The translations under genes were made by a program, and so were the position numbers. From Candidatus Pacearchaeota archaeon UBA73 (GTDB taxonomy: Archaea; Nanobdellota; Nanobdellia; Pacearchaeales; GW2011-AR1), in contig DAIF01000004.1 of NCBI GenBank assembly GCA_002496015.1, forward strand, positions 26,196 to 90,195: DNA of 64,000 nt, given 5' to 3'. Shown piece after piece: positions 52,571-62,473 of this stretch. Under the pieces are notes generated by a model, which saw only the letters and a list, made by a program, of their open reading frames with translations, searched no databases and had not been told where the DNA came from. Numbering within the stretch: position 1 is the first letter of the stretch; each line of letters starts with the position of its first letter.

Positions 52571-55471
52571 TTACTCTCCGCAACCTGAACGAGTAGTCTG
52601 TTTGCAACTCGTGCACATTATCGCGCAATTCCCGACTCTCTTTGCCACCCCGCCGCAAATCGGGCAAGTGATTCCCTCATCAACCGAAAATTCCTCAAGA
52701 GAAGCCTGCTGCTCATTTATTGTCGGCTCTTCGGTAATATCCACATGTATGCCTCCAGCCCCCTCGCCAAAATTATTCATCATAAATTGCGCAACATAAT
52801 CAACGATTGACGAAGCAGTTCGGATTTGGTTTATGTGTTTATCTATCTCTCCACCACCGAGATTTTTTACAAAGCCCGCCGGCTCAAACTTCTGATGCCT
52901 GAATCTCTTAAACAAATCAGTGACGCTCGCCCCGTATTGCAAATTCACTGAAACTGAAGTCGCCCAAGCGTCAAGTAAACCTCGCGTCGTTGAACCCTGT
53001 TTGTGCATCGTTACAAAAATCTCTCCGGGTTTCCCGTCGTCGTATAATCCGATAGTAAGGTAGCCCTCGTGTCCGGCAATCTCGAACTTGTGCGTTATCG
53101 ACTTTCGCGTCTGCGGCAGTTTCATCCTCTCACCTATTTTCAGAGCTGTAGCTTCCTTTTTCTTGACAACTTCTCCTTCAGTTTTTTGTGTATTCAACGG
53201 CTGCGACCTCTTGCTGTTCTCTCGGTAAATCGCGACCGCTTTCAGCTTCTGCTCCCACGCATAAATATATGCCTGCATTATGTCTTCAACAGCAGAATCC
53301 TCAGGCATATTTATTGTCTTGGAGATAGCCCCGGAAATGAATGGCTGAGTCGCACCCATCATTTTTATGTGTCCTTTGTAATGTATCGCTCTCTTTCCCT
53401 TCGCCGCCTTAAACGCACAATCAAAAACCGGCAAATGCTCCTCGGAAATATGCGGCGCTCCTTCAATAGTCTCATTCTTGTCAATATAGGAAATTATTTC
53501 CTTTATCCGCTCCTCGCTATATCCTAACTTTTTCAGACCTATCTTTACACTATTGTTTACAATCTTCAACATCCCGCCGCCGGACAAAACTTTGTATTTC
53601 ACAAGTGCGATGTCTGGTTCAACTCCAGTTGTATCGCAATCCATCATAAACGCGGTTGTTCCGGTAGGAGCTAAAACTGTTGCTTGAGCGTTCCTGTATC
53701 CAAACTTCTGCCCAAGCTCGACGGCATCACTCCACGAATCCCATGCATCGTTAACAAGATACCTCAGTGAAGAAGGCATCGCCTCAACATTTATCCCCTT
53801 TACAGATTCCTGGTGCATCTTCATGACCTCAAGCATCGGCTCTCTGTTTTTCGCAAAACCTGGGAAAGGTCCGACCATGCCCGCGAGTTCTGCCGAAATC
53901 TTGTAAGCTTCCCCAGTCATTATTGCAGTTATGGCTGCGGCGACAGCCCTGCCCGAATCTGAATCATAAGGCAATCCAAGACTCATCAACAGCGCGCCAA
54001 GATTTGCGTAACCCAAACCCAATGGCCTGTAATCATGCGAGTTCTGCGCAATTTTTGCCGTCGGATAACTGCCTCCGTCAACAATCAGTTCCATTGCGAT
54101 TATAAATGTCCTGACTGTCCTTCTGAACTTCTCGACATCAAACTTTCCATCGCCCGTCAAAAACCTCATTAGGTTTATAGACGCCAAATTGCACGCAGAG
54201 TCGTCTAAAAACATATACTCGCTGCAGGGATTGCTCGCATTTATCCTGCCGGAATTTTTGCACGTGTGCCACTTATTGATTATCGAATCAAACTGCATTC
54301 CCGGATCACCGCACAGGTGTGTTCCTTCAGCAATCTTCTTCAGGATACTTCTGGCTTTGAATGTCTCACAAATTCCTCCATCCTGGACATATCGCGTTGA
54401 CCAGCTCCCGTCTGCCTTCACAGCATGCATAAATTCATCCTGCGCCCTAACAGACATATTGCAATTCTGGAATTTGACGCTTGCATAAGCCTGACCATTT
54501 AACCCTCCGTCATATCCCTGTTCAATTAAAGCCCACGCCTTCTTCTCCTCAGTCGGCTTCGCGTCAATAAACTCCAGAATATCGGGATGGTCAATATTCA
54601 ATATTTCCATCTTCGCAGCTCTTCTTGTCTTCCCTCCAGATTTGATTATCCCTGCATAAGCGTCATATCCTTTCATAAAGCTCACTGGTCCCGAAGCTCT
54701 GCCTCCGCCAGTTAATGTTTCCTTCGAACTCCTCAATGGCGAGCGATTAGTTCCTGTCCCACTCCCTGCTTTAAACAAATTCGCTTCAGCAACCTGCACT
54801 TCCATAATAGAATCCATATTATCGCTGATGCTCTGGATGAAACACGCAGAACACTGCGGTCTATCCATCTGTTTGTGAGACCTCACAACGCCCCCGCCGG
54901 CACTGTCCCAGACGTAAGCCGAAACCCCTCCAGCATTCTTATCATATTCCTGAATTCCCACATTAAACCAAACAGGAGAATTAAAGACAGCAAGCTGATT
55001 CAGACAGATTGCCGCGATTTCATCTTTCAGCGCTCGTGCATCGTTCTCTTTGAAATATCCCTGAACTATCGCCTGCCTTTCAAAGAACCTCGACACTCTG
55101 CTAATTAACATCTCAATTGACTGTTCTCTCTCATTTTTCTTCTGGTCTCCCCAGAAATACTTGCTGGCGACAACTTTCATCGCAAGTGGCGACCAAAAAT
55201 CAGGTCTCTTGACACCCGGCTGAGTGAACACTACTTTTCCGGAGTCGTCGTTCACCGAGACGCTTTCTGCGACCCACTTTATCGGGTTCCCGTAAATATC
55301 GAATTCAAATGGATTTTTCCCTTCTCGGGTAAAGAATCTTGTGAATGTCATTGTCTGTCTCGCAAATCCGGAATTCATTCGCTGCTCAACAATCTTCGGA
55401 TGCTCCTCTCCATTTCCATTGCCGTTCCATCCGTTCCCGTTGCCGTTTGTTTCATAAACTTTTTCCATCAT
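52571..55471 (-). CDS. nrdJ: Class II (adenosylcobalamin-dependent) ribonucleotide reductase
   Basis: 966 aa. NPCSEY active-site Cys loop (SNPCSEYMFLDDSACNLASINL), CGDPGMQF, C-terminal Cys-rich tail CPICGG...CTSCKQTTRSGCGE. Co-oriented with nrdR (4-nt overlap). Confidence 0.9.
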   Translation of the reverse strand: MMEKVYETNGNGNGWNGNGNGEEHPKIVEQRMNSGFARQTMTFTRFFTREGKNPFEFDIYGNPIKWVAESVSVNDDSGKVVFTQPGVKRPDFWSPLAMKVVASKYFWGDQKKNEREQSIEMLISRVSRFFERQAIVQGYFKENDARALKDEIAAICLNQLAVFNSPVWFNVGIQEYDKNAGGVSAYVWDSAGGGVVRSHKQMDRPQCSACFIQSISDNMDSIMEVQVAEANLFKAGSGTGTNRSPLRSSKETLTGGGRASGPVSFMKGYDAYAGIIKSGGKTRRAAKMEILNIDHPDILEFIDAKPTEEKKAWALIEQGYDGGLNGQAYASVKFQNCNMSVRAQDEFMHAVKADGSWSTRYVQDGGICETFKARSILKKIAEGTHLCGDPGMQFDSIINKWHTCKNSGRINASNPCSEYMFLDDSACNLASINLMRFLTGDGKFDVEKFRRTVRTFIIAMELIVDGGSYPTAKIAQNSHDYRPLGLGYANLGALLMSLGLPYDSDSGRAVAAAITAIMTGEAYKISAELAGMVGPFPGFAKNREPMLEVMKMHQESVKGINVEAMPSSLRYLVNDAWDSWSDAVELGQKFGYRNAQATVLAPTGTTAFMMDCDTTGVEPDIALVKYKVLSGGGMLKIVNNSVKIGLKKLGYSEERIKEIISYIDKNETIEGAPHISEEHLPVFDCAFKAAKGKRAIHYKGHIKMMGATQPFISGAISKTINMPEDSAVEDIMQAYIYAWEQKLKAVAIYRENSKRSQPLNTQKTEGEVVKKKEATALKIGERMKLPQTRKSITHKFEIAGHEGYLTIGLYDDGKPGEIFVTMHKQGSTTRGLLDAWATSVSVNLQYGASVTDLFKRFRHQKFEPAGFVKNLGGGEIDKHINQIRTASSIVDYVAQFMMNNFGEGAGGIHVDITEEPTINEQQASLEEFSVDEGITCPICGGVAKRVGNCAIMCTSCKQTTRSGCGE

Positions 55472-55911
55472 CTATTCACCAAAAACGTAATCTCTTTTTT
55501 GAAATCATCTAACTCTCTAAACTCCCTATATACTGAGGCAAATCTAATATATGCTACCTTGTCAATCTTCTTCAGCTCGCTTGCGACAATATCCCCAATC
55601 AAGGTGGACTTGACTTCCTTTCCTCTTTTCCTTAGCCTTTCTTCTGTTCTGGCAAGCATTTTATCTATTTTTTCTGAACTGATAGGTCGTTTTTCACACG
55701 CCTTCAGCACGCCCCTTTTCAGTTTCTCGTAATCAAAGTTTTCCCTTCGCCCATCTTTTTTGATGACTCGGAACTCAGGTCTCTCAACCGCCTCAAGCGT
55801 GTTGAATCTCTTCGAACACTTCAGGCACTCGCGCCTCCTTTTGGTCAGGCTTTCGTTGTCTCTCTTATCAATTACCTTCGTTTCGCTGTTGAGACAATAG
55901 GGACAAAGCAT
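55468..55911 (-). CDS. nrdR: NrdR transcriptional repressor (Zn ribbon plus ATP-cone)
   Basis: MLCPYCLNSETKVIDKRD...CLKCSKRFNTLE Zn ribbon followed by an ATP-cone. Start set at 55911 (MLCPYC), as in typical NrdR proteins; this places box 1 upstream of the CDS. Confidence 0.9.
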   Translation of the reverse strand: MLCPYCLNSETKVIDKRDNESLTKRRRECLKCSKRFNTLEAVERPEFRVIKKDGRRENFDYEKLKRGVLKACEKRPISSEKIDKMLARTEERLRKRGKEVKSTLIGDIVASELKKIDKVAYIRFASVYREFRELDDFKKEITFLVNR

Positions 55912-55919
55912 TATTACGA

Positions 55920-55935
55920 ACACAATATATTGTGT
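55920..55935. promoter_or_regulatory. NrdR box 1
   Basis: ACACAATATATTGTGT is a perfect 16-bp palindrome matching the known NrdR-box consensus (acaCwAtATaTwGtgt). Confidence 0.7.
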
Positions 55936-55950
55936 TTTCCTCTTTTTTTA

Positions 55951-55966
55951 TCACAATCTATTGTGT
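55951..55966. promoter_or_regulatory. NrdR box 2
   Basis: TCACAATCTATTGTGT is a near-palindrome. Its centre is 31 bp from box 1, the usual tandem spacing of about three helical turns. Confidence 0.65.
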
Positions 55967-56135
55967 GATTCTAGGTTTTAGTGTTAGACATATTTAAACA
56001 TTTCTGTGCTATTGTTTATGTCGTCGTTAAAAATGCCCAAACGCAAATTCTTACTTTTAGAGTAATAAACTACGAGTTCTGTTAATTAAATGTTTTCTGC
56101 CAAAACTATATAAACTCTTTTTTGTTAATTAAAAT

Positions 56136-56375
56136 ATGTCAATCGAATCTATTATTGCATGGACTGAAACTTTGCCTGCATGGTTCATTATTCTGGTCGC
56201 AATTTGGTCGCTGGTTTGGAAAGGCCTTGCACTCTGGAAAGCCGCAGCAATAAAGAAAAATCAAACTTGGTTCATCGTTCTATTAGTGGTAAATACTATC
56301 GGACTTCTTGAAATTCTCTATCTCTTCATATTCTCCGAAATGGGAAAGACTCATAAATCAGCAAAGAGGAAATAA
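56136..56375 (+). CDS. Small membrane protein (DUF5652-like)
   Basis: WSLVWKGLALWKAAAIKKNQTWFIVLLVVNTIGLLEILYLF resembles DUF5652. Confidence 0.55.
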   Translation: MSIESIIAWTETLPAWFIILVAIWSLVWKGLALWKAAAIKKNQTWFIVLLVVNTIGLLEILYLFIFSEMGKTHKSAKRK

Positions 56376-56380
56376 TCTTT

Positions 56381-57217
56381 TTATTTGGTAAGCCACTTAT
56401 TCAGACTATCGTTCAAAGTAAAAATTTTTCTTGGCTCTGCACCCAACTCAATTCCTTCACCAAATCCCTCCCTCTTTCCCCCGAGCATTCTCTTGTAAGC
56501 GCACCAGTCGCACCACGGTTTTTCGCACGCAGGCCACTCTTTTGTATTGTTTATTTTATCAATTAAATCTAAAGTTTCATTTTTCAATTTCATTAGCTGC
56601 TCTTGCGTTCTAAACGAATGAATCTTCTTATTATGCGCAAGGAAATGCCATGTCAGTATAACTCGAACATCTGTCCCAAACAAATCCTGCAGTCCAAGAT
56701 GATAAAACGCAAGCTGCCTATCCGCATCAACCTCTTCCTGCGACTTCATCTTTTTATTTGTCTTGTAATCATGCACTTCATAACTTCCGTCTTCCTTCTT
56801 CTCAATCCTATCAATATATCCTACTATGTAAATTCCCTCAGCCAGCGGAAAATAAATCTTTCTCTCAAGGTCAATTGTCTCCCCAGAAAACGGCAAGTTG
56901 CTGTGATAATAATCAATTAAAAACTTCATGCCTCTGTTAAAGAAATCTTCCGCTCTTTCTCCCACAGGAACCCGGATATCCAGCGCATAATTGTCATGCC
57001 ACGTCCTAGCAAAAAACTCAATCAGTTCATCCAGCGTGATGACCTTGCCGCCCATGAGCTTTTCGTACAAATATTCCAACGCTGAATGCACCGCGCTCCC
57101 CAAAAACGCGTGAATGCTCGACGGCAGCTCTGGAAAAGTCTTGTCAATATATTTGACTTTGTATGCCTCAGGACAACTTTCATACAAACACAACTTCGAA
57201 TGTGAATATACCTCCAT
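56381..57217 (-). CDS. PD-(D/E)XK nuclease with an Fe-S cysteine set (Cas4/RecB/AddB-nuclease-like)
   Basis: N-terminal Cys (YESCPEAY), GYIDRIEKKEDGSYEVHDYKT (D..E.K core plus DYKT), C-terminal CEKPWCDWCAYK. Confidence 0.75.
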   Translation of the reverse strand: MEVYSHSKLCLYESCPEAYKVKYIDKTFPELPSSIHAFLGSAVHSALEYLYEKLMGGKVITLDELIEFFARTWHDNYALDIRVPVGERAEDFFNRGMKFLIDYYHSNLPFSGETIDLERKIYFPLAEGIYIVGYIDRIEKKEDGSYEVHDYKTNKKMKSQEEVDADRQLAFYHLGLQDLFGTDVRVILTWHFLAHNKKIHSFRTQEQLMKLKNETLDLIDKINNTKEWPACEKPWCDWCAYKRMLGGKREGFGEGIELGAEPRKIFTLNDSLNKWLTK

Positions 57218-57259
57218 TTTAATTTACTTCCAATTACTATAAAAGAGATATTAAAGTAT

Positions 57260-57568
57260 TTAGTTTCTTCTTGTTTCAAATAGCTCAATTTCACTTCTGA
57301 ATGCATCCATTCTTCTTAACATTTCAACATCCCCTCTCGTTTCAGCAATATCAAGGTACATTACTAAAAGGAGTCTAGTCTGCATGATGCAATCCAGACA
57401 TTGTTCCACTAATAAGTGCGCCATAAGACGTGGATTCATAGCAGGGTTATAGTAATCTTTTCTTTCTTCAGGCATTATTTTATGAGCCACCCATCCAACT
57501 AGCACGTCTTCAGTTATTCTCCCATCTCTCGGGCAAACATATTCATCCATAAAATTCGAGCAGAACAT
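57260..57568 (-). CDS. Hypothetical protein
   Basis: ORF shortened to the ATG at 57568 to avoid the divergent neighbour. No motif. Confidence 0.35.
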   Translation of the reverse strand: MFCSNFMDEYVCPRDGRITEDVLVGWVAHKIMPEERKDYYNPAMNPRLMAHLLVEQCLDCIMQTRLLLVMYLDIAETRGDVEMLRRMDAFRSEIELFETRRN

Positions 57569-57596
57569 TATTAAATAAATCTTTCTTTTAATACTA

Positions 57597-57842
57597 ATGA
57601 ACACAAAATTCAAAAAGCACGAAAAAGTCCGGCTCCTGATAGATCCCGACCCAGAGTACATAGAATATGATCCTGCTTATGACGAACAAAAACCCCCAAT
57701 AAAAAAGGGCGCATTGGGCAGAATTAATGTCATTCTACCAAACGGTCAGTATCACGTCGAGATTCTGGACGAAAACAATAACACAATCGCTTATGTTATG
57801 ATAGACGAAGACTTCTTGGAATCTCCGGGCAGTTTCAATTAA
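57597..57842 (+). CDS. Small hypothetical protein (DUF4926-like SH3-type fold, tentative)
   Basis: FKKHEKVRLL...GALGRINVILPNGQYHVEILDENNNTIAYVMIDEDFLE. Confidence 0.45.
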   Translation: MNTKFKKHEKVRLLIDPDPEYIEYDPAYDEQKPPIKKGALGRINVILPNGQYHVEILDENNNTIAYVMIDEDFLESPGSFN

Positions 57843-57991
57843 ACTCAATTTTATCTCTCATCTTTGGCGTCTTGCCGATGGCCGGTGCTCCGAGAGATTT
57901 AATTGAAAGTTTGGCGTTCGCCTAAACTCATTTCCTTTTTTACTTAGAATTTCTCAACATATAACAAATAAAATAAAATAAAAATTTTCTT

Positions 57992-58363
57992 TTAGTGACG
58001 TGCTAGGGTGAACACATGCTTCAATGCAACGATTATTGTTGCAGGCACAAACAAAGTCGTTAGGGATTGCAATGTCCAGTAAAATACTGGTACAGCAAGG
58101 ACTATACTCTGTCCTAGACTCGAAACGATCACCAGAATAGCACCTGACATTAAGAATGGAGTTACCTCTTCATCGACGATATTCAACAGGCCGATGATTA
58201 TACCAAGCACTACTAAGACGTACGTCACTCCTGGGAGCAAACCATTCCAATATTGGCTCAACAAGCCAAATATCAACGCCAAAATGACGCCGATTAGAAA
58301 GGACCAACTTCCCAGCAGACTTCTACCTCTTCTTTTAGCCATTTTTAACCTCCTTTTATGCAT
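57992..58363 (-). CDS. Small integral membrane protein
   Basis: 123 aa, three to four TM helices, basic N-terminus. Confidence 0.45.
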   Translation of the reverse strand: MHKRRLKMAKRRGRSLLGSWSFLIGVILALIFGLLSQYWNGLLPGVTYVLVVLGIIIGLLNIVDEEVTPFLMSGAILVIVSSLGQSIVLAVPVFYWTLQSLTTLFVPATIIVALKHVFTLARH

Positions 58364-58531
58364 TTAATATGATACTTTCTTTTATATATGTTTCTCTAGG
58401 CAGACTTTTTGAAAATGTTCTACCCATCAGAAATGTTGCCATTTTCAGTTGAAACTCTAAATCTGCCAACCTTTAATGTAACAATGAACAATATTCAAAA
58501 CTTTTTTTAATCCATTCCGACACAAATTAAT

Positions 58532-61210
58532 ATGAAAAAAGAGGAAGTAACTTCTCATCCATCTCAATCAACGGATGCAACCAACAAACAGAGCGGGCTG
58601 TCACAGGACGAAGCAAAAAAAAGATTAGACCAATACGGAAAAAACGAGATAAGAGACATAGCTAAAAGAACGCCCCTAAAAATACTGCTCCTCCAGATAA
58701 AGAGCAATTTTATTATTTATCTCCTTCTTGTAGCCGCGGCAATTTCTTTTTTTGTCGGAAAATCGCTGACAGCATACGCAATTCTGGCAGTTGTAGTCCT
58801 CGTAATTCTCACAGGGTTTGTTCAGGAGTATAAATCAGAGAAAGCAATCAACGCTCTGAAGGGAATGCTCGTTCCGATTTCGATTGTAATTCGGGACGGA
58901 AAAGAAAAAGAGATTCCTTCTGCAGAAATCGTTCCGGGAGATATTCTTATTCTGCGCAATGGTGAAAAAATCCCGGCAGATTGCATAGTACTAGAAGAAA
59001 AGGAGCTCCGCGTAAACGAATCAACTCTCACAGGCGAATCGCACGAAATAAAAAAAGAATCTGTAAAAGATTTCAAAAATTATAAGGAGATAAATCAAAT
59101 TTTCATGGGAACATTTGTCGTAAGCGGTCGCTGCATCGCGCAGGTCACTCACATAGGGATGAACACGCGCTTCGGTAAAATCTCAGGCATGATCTCAACA
59201 GCAGAAAAAGACCTTCCTTTACAAAAAAAGGTTAACAAAATCGCGAAAGTTATGGCAATAATAGCAATTGTGGTTTCAGTCCTTACCGGAGTGATCATCC
59301 TGCTGGAAAGCGAGGCAATCACAACTGACCTATTCATTAGTGTTCTAATCTTGATAATCGCATTGTCAGTTTCAGCATTTCCTGAAGGCTTGCCTGTCGT
59401 TTTGATTACTTCCCTTGCAGCAGGCGCCCGAACAATGGCAAAACAAAATGCCATAGTCAACAGAATGTCCATAATAGAAACTCTTGGCGAAACAACTGTA
59501 ATCTGCACCGATAAGACAGGCACATTAACAAAAGGCGAGATGACTATAAAGAAAATTTTTCTAAACAATTCCATAATCGATGTCTCAGATGCAAGCTACG
59601 AAGGAAGGGGAAAATTCACGCTCAGCGGCAAGGAAATCGATCCAATAAAAGACGAAACACTCAACCTCTTGTTGAAAGCTGGCGTTATCTGCAACGACTC
59701 AAACATCGAGCGAACTGACGAACACGTGCGCGGCAATTCAACAGAATCAGCACTTCTTATGATGGCAGCAAAAGCAGGCGTATTCAAAGAAGACTTGAAA
59801 TTCGTAAGAAAAGAAGAAATTCCTTTCAGCTCTGAGAGAAAAATCATGGCTGTTTCATGCAAAACTCCGGAGGGAAAATTTGTTTACTCAAAAGGCGCCG
59901 CAGAATGGCTCTTAAAAAAATGCAAATACATCCGGAACAACAACGGAGTTTTCAGGCTGACAGAAAAAGAGAGGCAAAAAATCCTCAAGGAAAATGCAGA
60001 GGTAAATTCAGATTCATTCCGAACTCTCGGCATTGCTTACAAAAAAATTGAGTCTTTCAACGAAAAACTTGACGACAACTTAGTTTTTATTGGTTTTGTC
60101 GCCATGGAAGATCCTCCGCGAGAAGAAGTCCAAGCATCACTCGAAACATGCCGCAGAGCAGGAATAACTGTAAAAATGATAACTGGAGACAATAAAGAAA
60201 CTGCGCTGGCAATAGCAAAACAAATCGGCTTAAAAGGAAAAGTGATGGATGGAGAAGAACTCGATAACATCACCGATGACGAATTAGAAAGAACAATCGA
60301 GGGAATCACAATATTCGCAAGAGTAAAACCAGAAGACAAACTAAGACTTGTAAAAGCACTCAAAACCAACGGAGAGATAGTCACAATGACTGGCGACGGA
60401 GTCAATGACGCTCCCGCCTTAAAAGAAGCACACATCGGAGTCGCGATGGGCAAAACCGGCACAGACGTCTCTCGCTCTGTGGCAGACCTGACTTTAAAGG
60501 ACGATAATTTTGCAACAATTGTCATGGCAATCAGAGAAGGCAGAACAATATTCAAAAACATCAGAAAGTTTGTCACATACCAGCTTTCTTGCAACACCGC
60601 GATAATCTCAATCCTTTTTCTTGGTGTCATGCTCGCGCCTCTTCTCGGTTGGCAGATTCCCCTTCTTCTTGCTTTGCAGATTTTATTTATGAATCTTGTA
60701 ACCGACAACTTGCCCGCAATCACACTTGGGTTCAACCCACATTCTGACGATGCGATGGAGCATCACCCTCGAAAAAACCGCGACATCTTAAATCGCACAA
60801 TGATATATCTGCTTCTCTTTAATACAGCCGTCTTGGCTTCGCTTACGCTTTTATCTTATTTCATAAGTTTCAACATCGAAGGCAACGACATGGCTTACTC
60901 CAGAACGACCGCACTGGTTTCATTAATCCTTCTCGAACTTACTTCGGCATTCAACTTCCGCTCGTTCAGAAAAGGCGTTTTGAATCGCTCGCCTTTGGCA
61001 AATCCATACCTCTTCTTTGCAGCCCTCTTTTCACTAATCGCAACGCTAATCGTAATTTACACACCCTTGAACAAACCATTTGAAACTGTGCCGATAGGAA
61101 TGCAGGGTTGGCTGATAGCAATAGGCCTCGCATTATTTTCAATAATTCTCTACGACGTTCTAAAAGTAATCAACAACAAAAAGAATTTCATAAATCTGGA
61201 AAACGCGTAA
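58532..61210 (+). CDS. P-type cation-transporting ATPase (type II, Ca2+/Mg2+-like)
   Basis: TGES, ICTDKTGTLT (phosphorylation site), MITGDN, TGDGVNDAPALK. About 10 TM segments. 892 aa. Confidence 0.92.
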   Translation: MKKEEVTSHPSQSTDATNKQSGLSQDEAKKRLDQYGKNEIRDIAKRTPLKILLLQIKSNFIIYLLLVAAAISFFVGKSLTAYAILAVVVLVILTGFVQEYKSEKAINALKGMLVPISIVIRDGKEKEIPSAEIVPGDILILRNGEKIPADCIVLEEKELRVNESTLTGESHEIKKESVKDFKNYKEINQIFMGTFVVSGRCIAQVTHIGMNTRFGKISGMISTAEKDLPLQKKVNKIAKVMAIIAIVVSVLTGVIILLESEAITTDLFISVLILIIALSVSAFPEGLPVVLITSLAAGARTMAKQNAIVNRMSIIETLGETTVICTDKTGTLTKGEMTIKKIFLNNSIIDVSDASYEGRGKFTLSGKEIDPIKDETLNLLLKAGVICNDSNIERTDEHVRGNSTESALLMMAAKAGVFKEDLKFVRKEEIPFSSERKIMAVSCKTPEGKFVYSKGAAEWLLKKCKYIRNNNGVFRLTEKERQKILKENAEVNSDSFRTLGIAYKKIESFNEKLDDNLVFIGFVAMEDPPREEVQASLETCRRAGITVKMITGDNKETALAIAKQIGLKGKVMDGEELDNITDDELERTIEGITIFARVKPEDKLRLVKALKTNGEIVTMTGDGVNDAPALKEAHIGVAMGKTGTDVSRSVADLTLKDDNFATIVMAIREGRTIFKNIRKFVTYQLSCNTAIISILFLGVMLAPLLGWQIPLLLALQILFMNLVTDNLPAITLGFNPHSDDAMEHHPRKNRDILNRTMIYLLLFNTAVLASLTLLSYFISFNIEGNDMAYSRTTALVSLILLELTSAFNFRSFRKGVLNRSPLANPYLFFAALFSLIATLIVIYTPLNKPFETVPIGMQGWLIAIGLALFSIILYDVLKVINNKKNFINLENA

Positions 61211-61473
61211 TCTTTTCTCACAAAGAAATTGATTCACTTGTAATTTTACCATCTAATTTCAACTTATTACTTCTAAAAATATCTTCAACAACCCCCCAGT
61301 TAAGTTCATATAAGTAATAGTTATCAAAAAATGGAATCTCTCTTTTTATTAATCTCAACAAATAATTTAATATTCTTAAACTTCTGAAAATTTCCTAAAA
61401 AATTCAAAAGGATTGTAATGAAATGTCCCAACTCAAACCAAACACTTAAATTCTTCTTAAACTTTTGTAAATA

Positions 61474-62421
61474 ATGGCTGCAAATTCTGAAATAGCCGGA
61501 ATCTTCTACGAGATGGCAGACATTCTGGAAATTAAAAAAGTGAGGTGGAAACCAGCGGCCTATCGCATGGCTGCCCAAACTCTCGAATCCCTAAAATACG
61601 ACGTTTCAGAAATTTACAAGCGGGAAGGCAGGGAAGGGATAGACAAACTGCCCGGCATCGGCTCCAGCCTGACAGACAAAATAATTCAATATATCAAGGA
61701 AAAAAAGATTGATGCGTTTGAAAAATTAAAGAAAACCTTGCCTTCGGGAGTCTACAAAATGATGGACATCCCGGGAGTCGGCCCCAAAAAAGCCACATTG
61801 TTTTACAACAAACTCAAAATAAAAAACATAGAACAATTAAAAAAAGCAGCCAAAGAACACAAGCTCCGCGCCCTTCATGGATTCAAAGAAAAAACAGAGA
61901 AAAATATTCTCGAGAGCATAAACGGAGCCAAACAAAAAGACCGAATTCCCCTAGCTGAAGCAGAAAAAATTGCTTCCCAGATTTTAAGAAAATTAAAAAT
62001 CCTACCGGAAGTAAAAAAAGCGATAGTCGCCGGTTCGCTAAGGCGAAAAAAACCAACTATTGGAGACCTCGATATTATAATTCTCACGAATCGCCCGGAA
62101 AAGGCGGTTGAAAAAATAATCAGAACAATTTCCATAGGTAAAATTCTGAACAAGGGAAAAGAAAAAGTAACAATTCTCACTCAGACAGGTTTGCAGATGG
62201 ACTTTCGGTTTTTCAACACAGACAATTTCGGCGCCGGACTTTTGTATTTCACAGGCTCAAAACAACATAACATTAAACTAAGGGAAATCGCAATTAAAAA
62301 AGGGCTCAAACTAAACGAATATGGCCTTTTCAGAAGGAACAAAAAACTTGCCGGCAAAACAGAAAACGAAATCTTCAAGGCACTTGGGTTAAAATTCATC
62401 CCGCCGGAAAAAAGATTATAA
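61474..62421 (+). CDS. Family X DNA polymerase (Pol beta-like core, no PHP domain)
   Basis: N-terminal HhH region (IAGIFYEMADILE...LPGIGSSLTDKI, IPGVGPKKA) and nucleotidyltransferase motif GSLRRKKPTIGDLDIIIL. Ends at 315 aa. Confidence 0.85.
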   Translation: MAANSEIAGIFYEMADILEIKKVRWKPAAYRMAAQTLESLKYDVSEIYKREGREGIDKLPGIGSSLTDKIIQYIKEKKIDAFEKLKKTLPSGVYKMMDIPGVGPKKATLFYNKLKIKNIEQLKKAAKEHKLRALHGFKEKTEKNILESINGAKQKDRIPLAEAEKIASQILRKLKILPEVKKAIVAGSLRRKKPTIGDLDIIILTNRPEKAVEKIIRTISIGKILNKGKEKVTILTQTGLQMDFRFFNTDNFGAGLLYFTGSKQHNIKLREIAIKKGLKLNEYGLFRRNKKLAGKTENEIFKALGLKFIPPEKRL

Positions 62422-62473
62422 CCTTTTCTGGAACACAGTAAATTTTATAAATCCAGACAATCCATAGAAATTC

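Noticed and set aside
52571-55471. Intein in nrdJ (also considered for gyrA, rpoA and rpoB)
   Set aside because: Conserved motifs are contiguous, with no block of about 150-450 aa carrying Cys/Ser...HN-Cys/Ser/Thr splice junctions. Protein lengths are normal or short.
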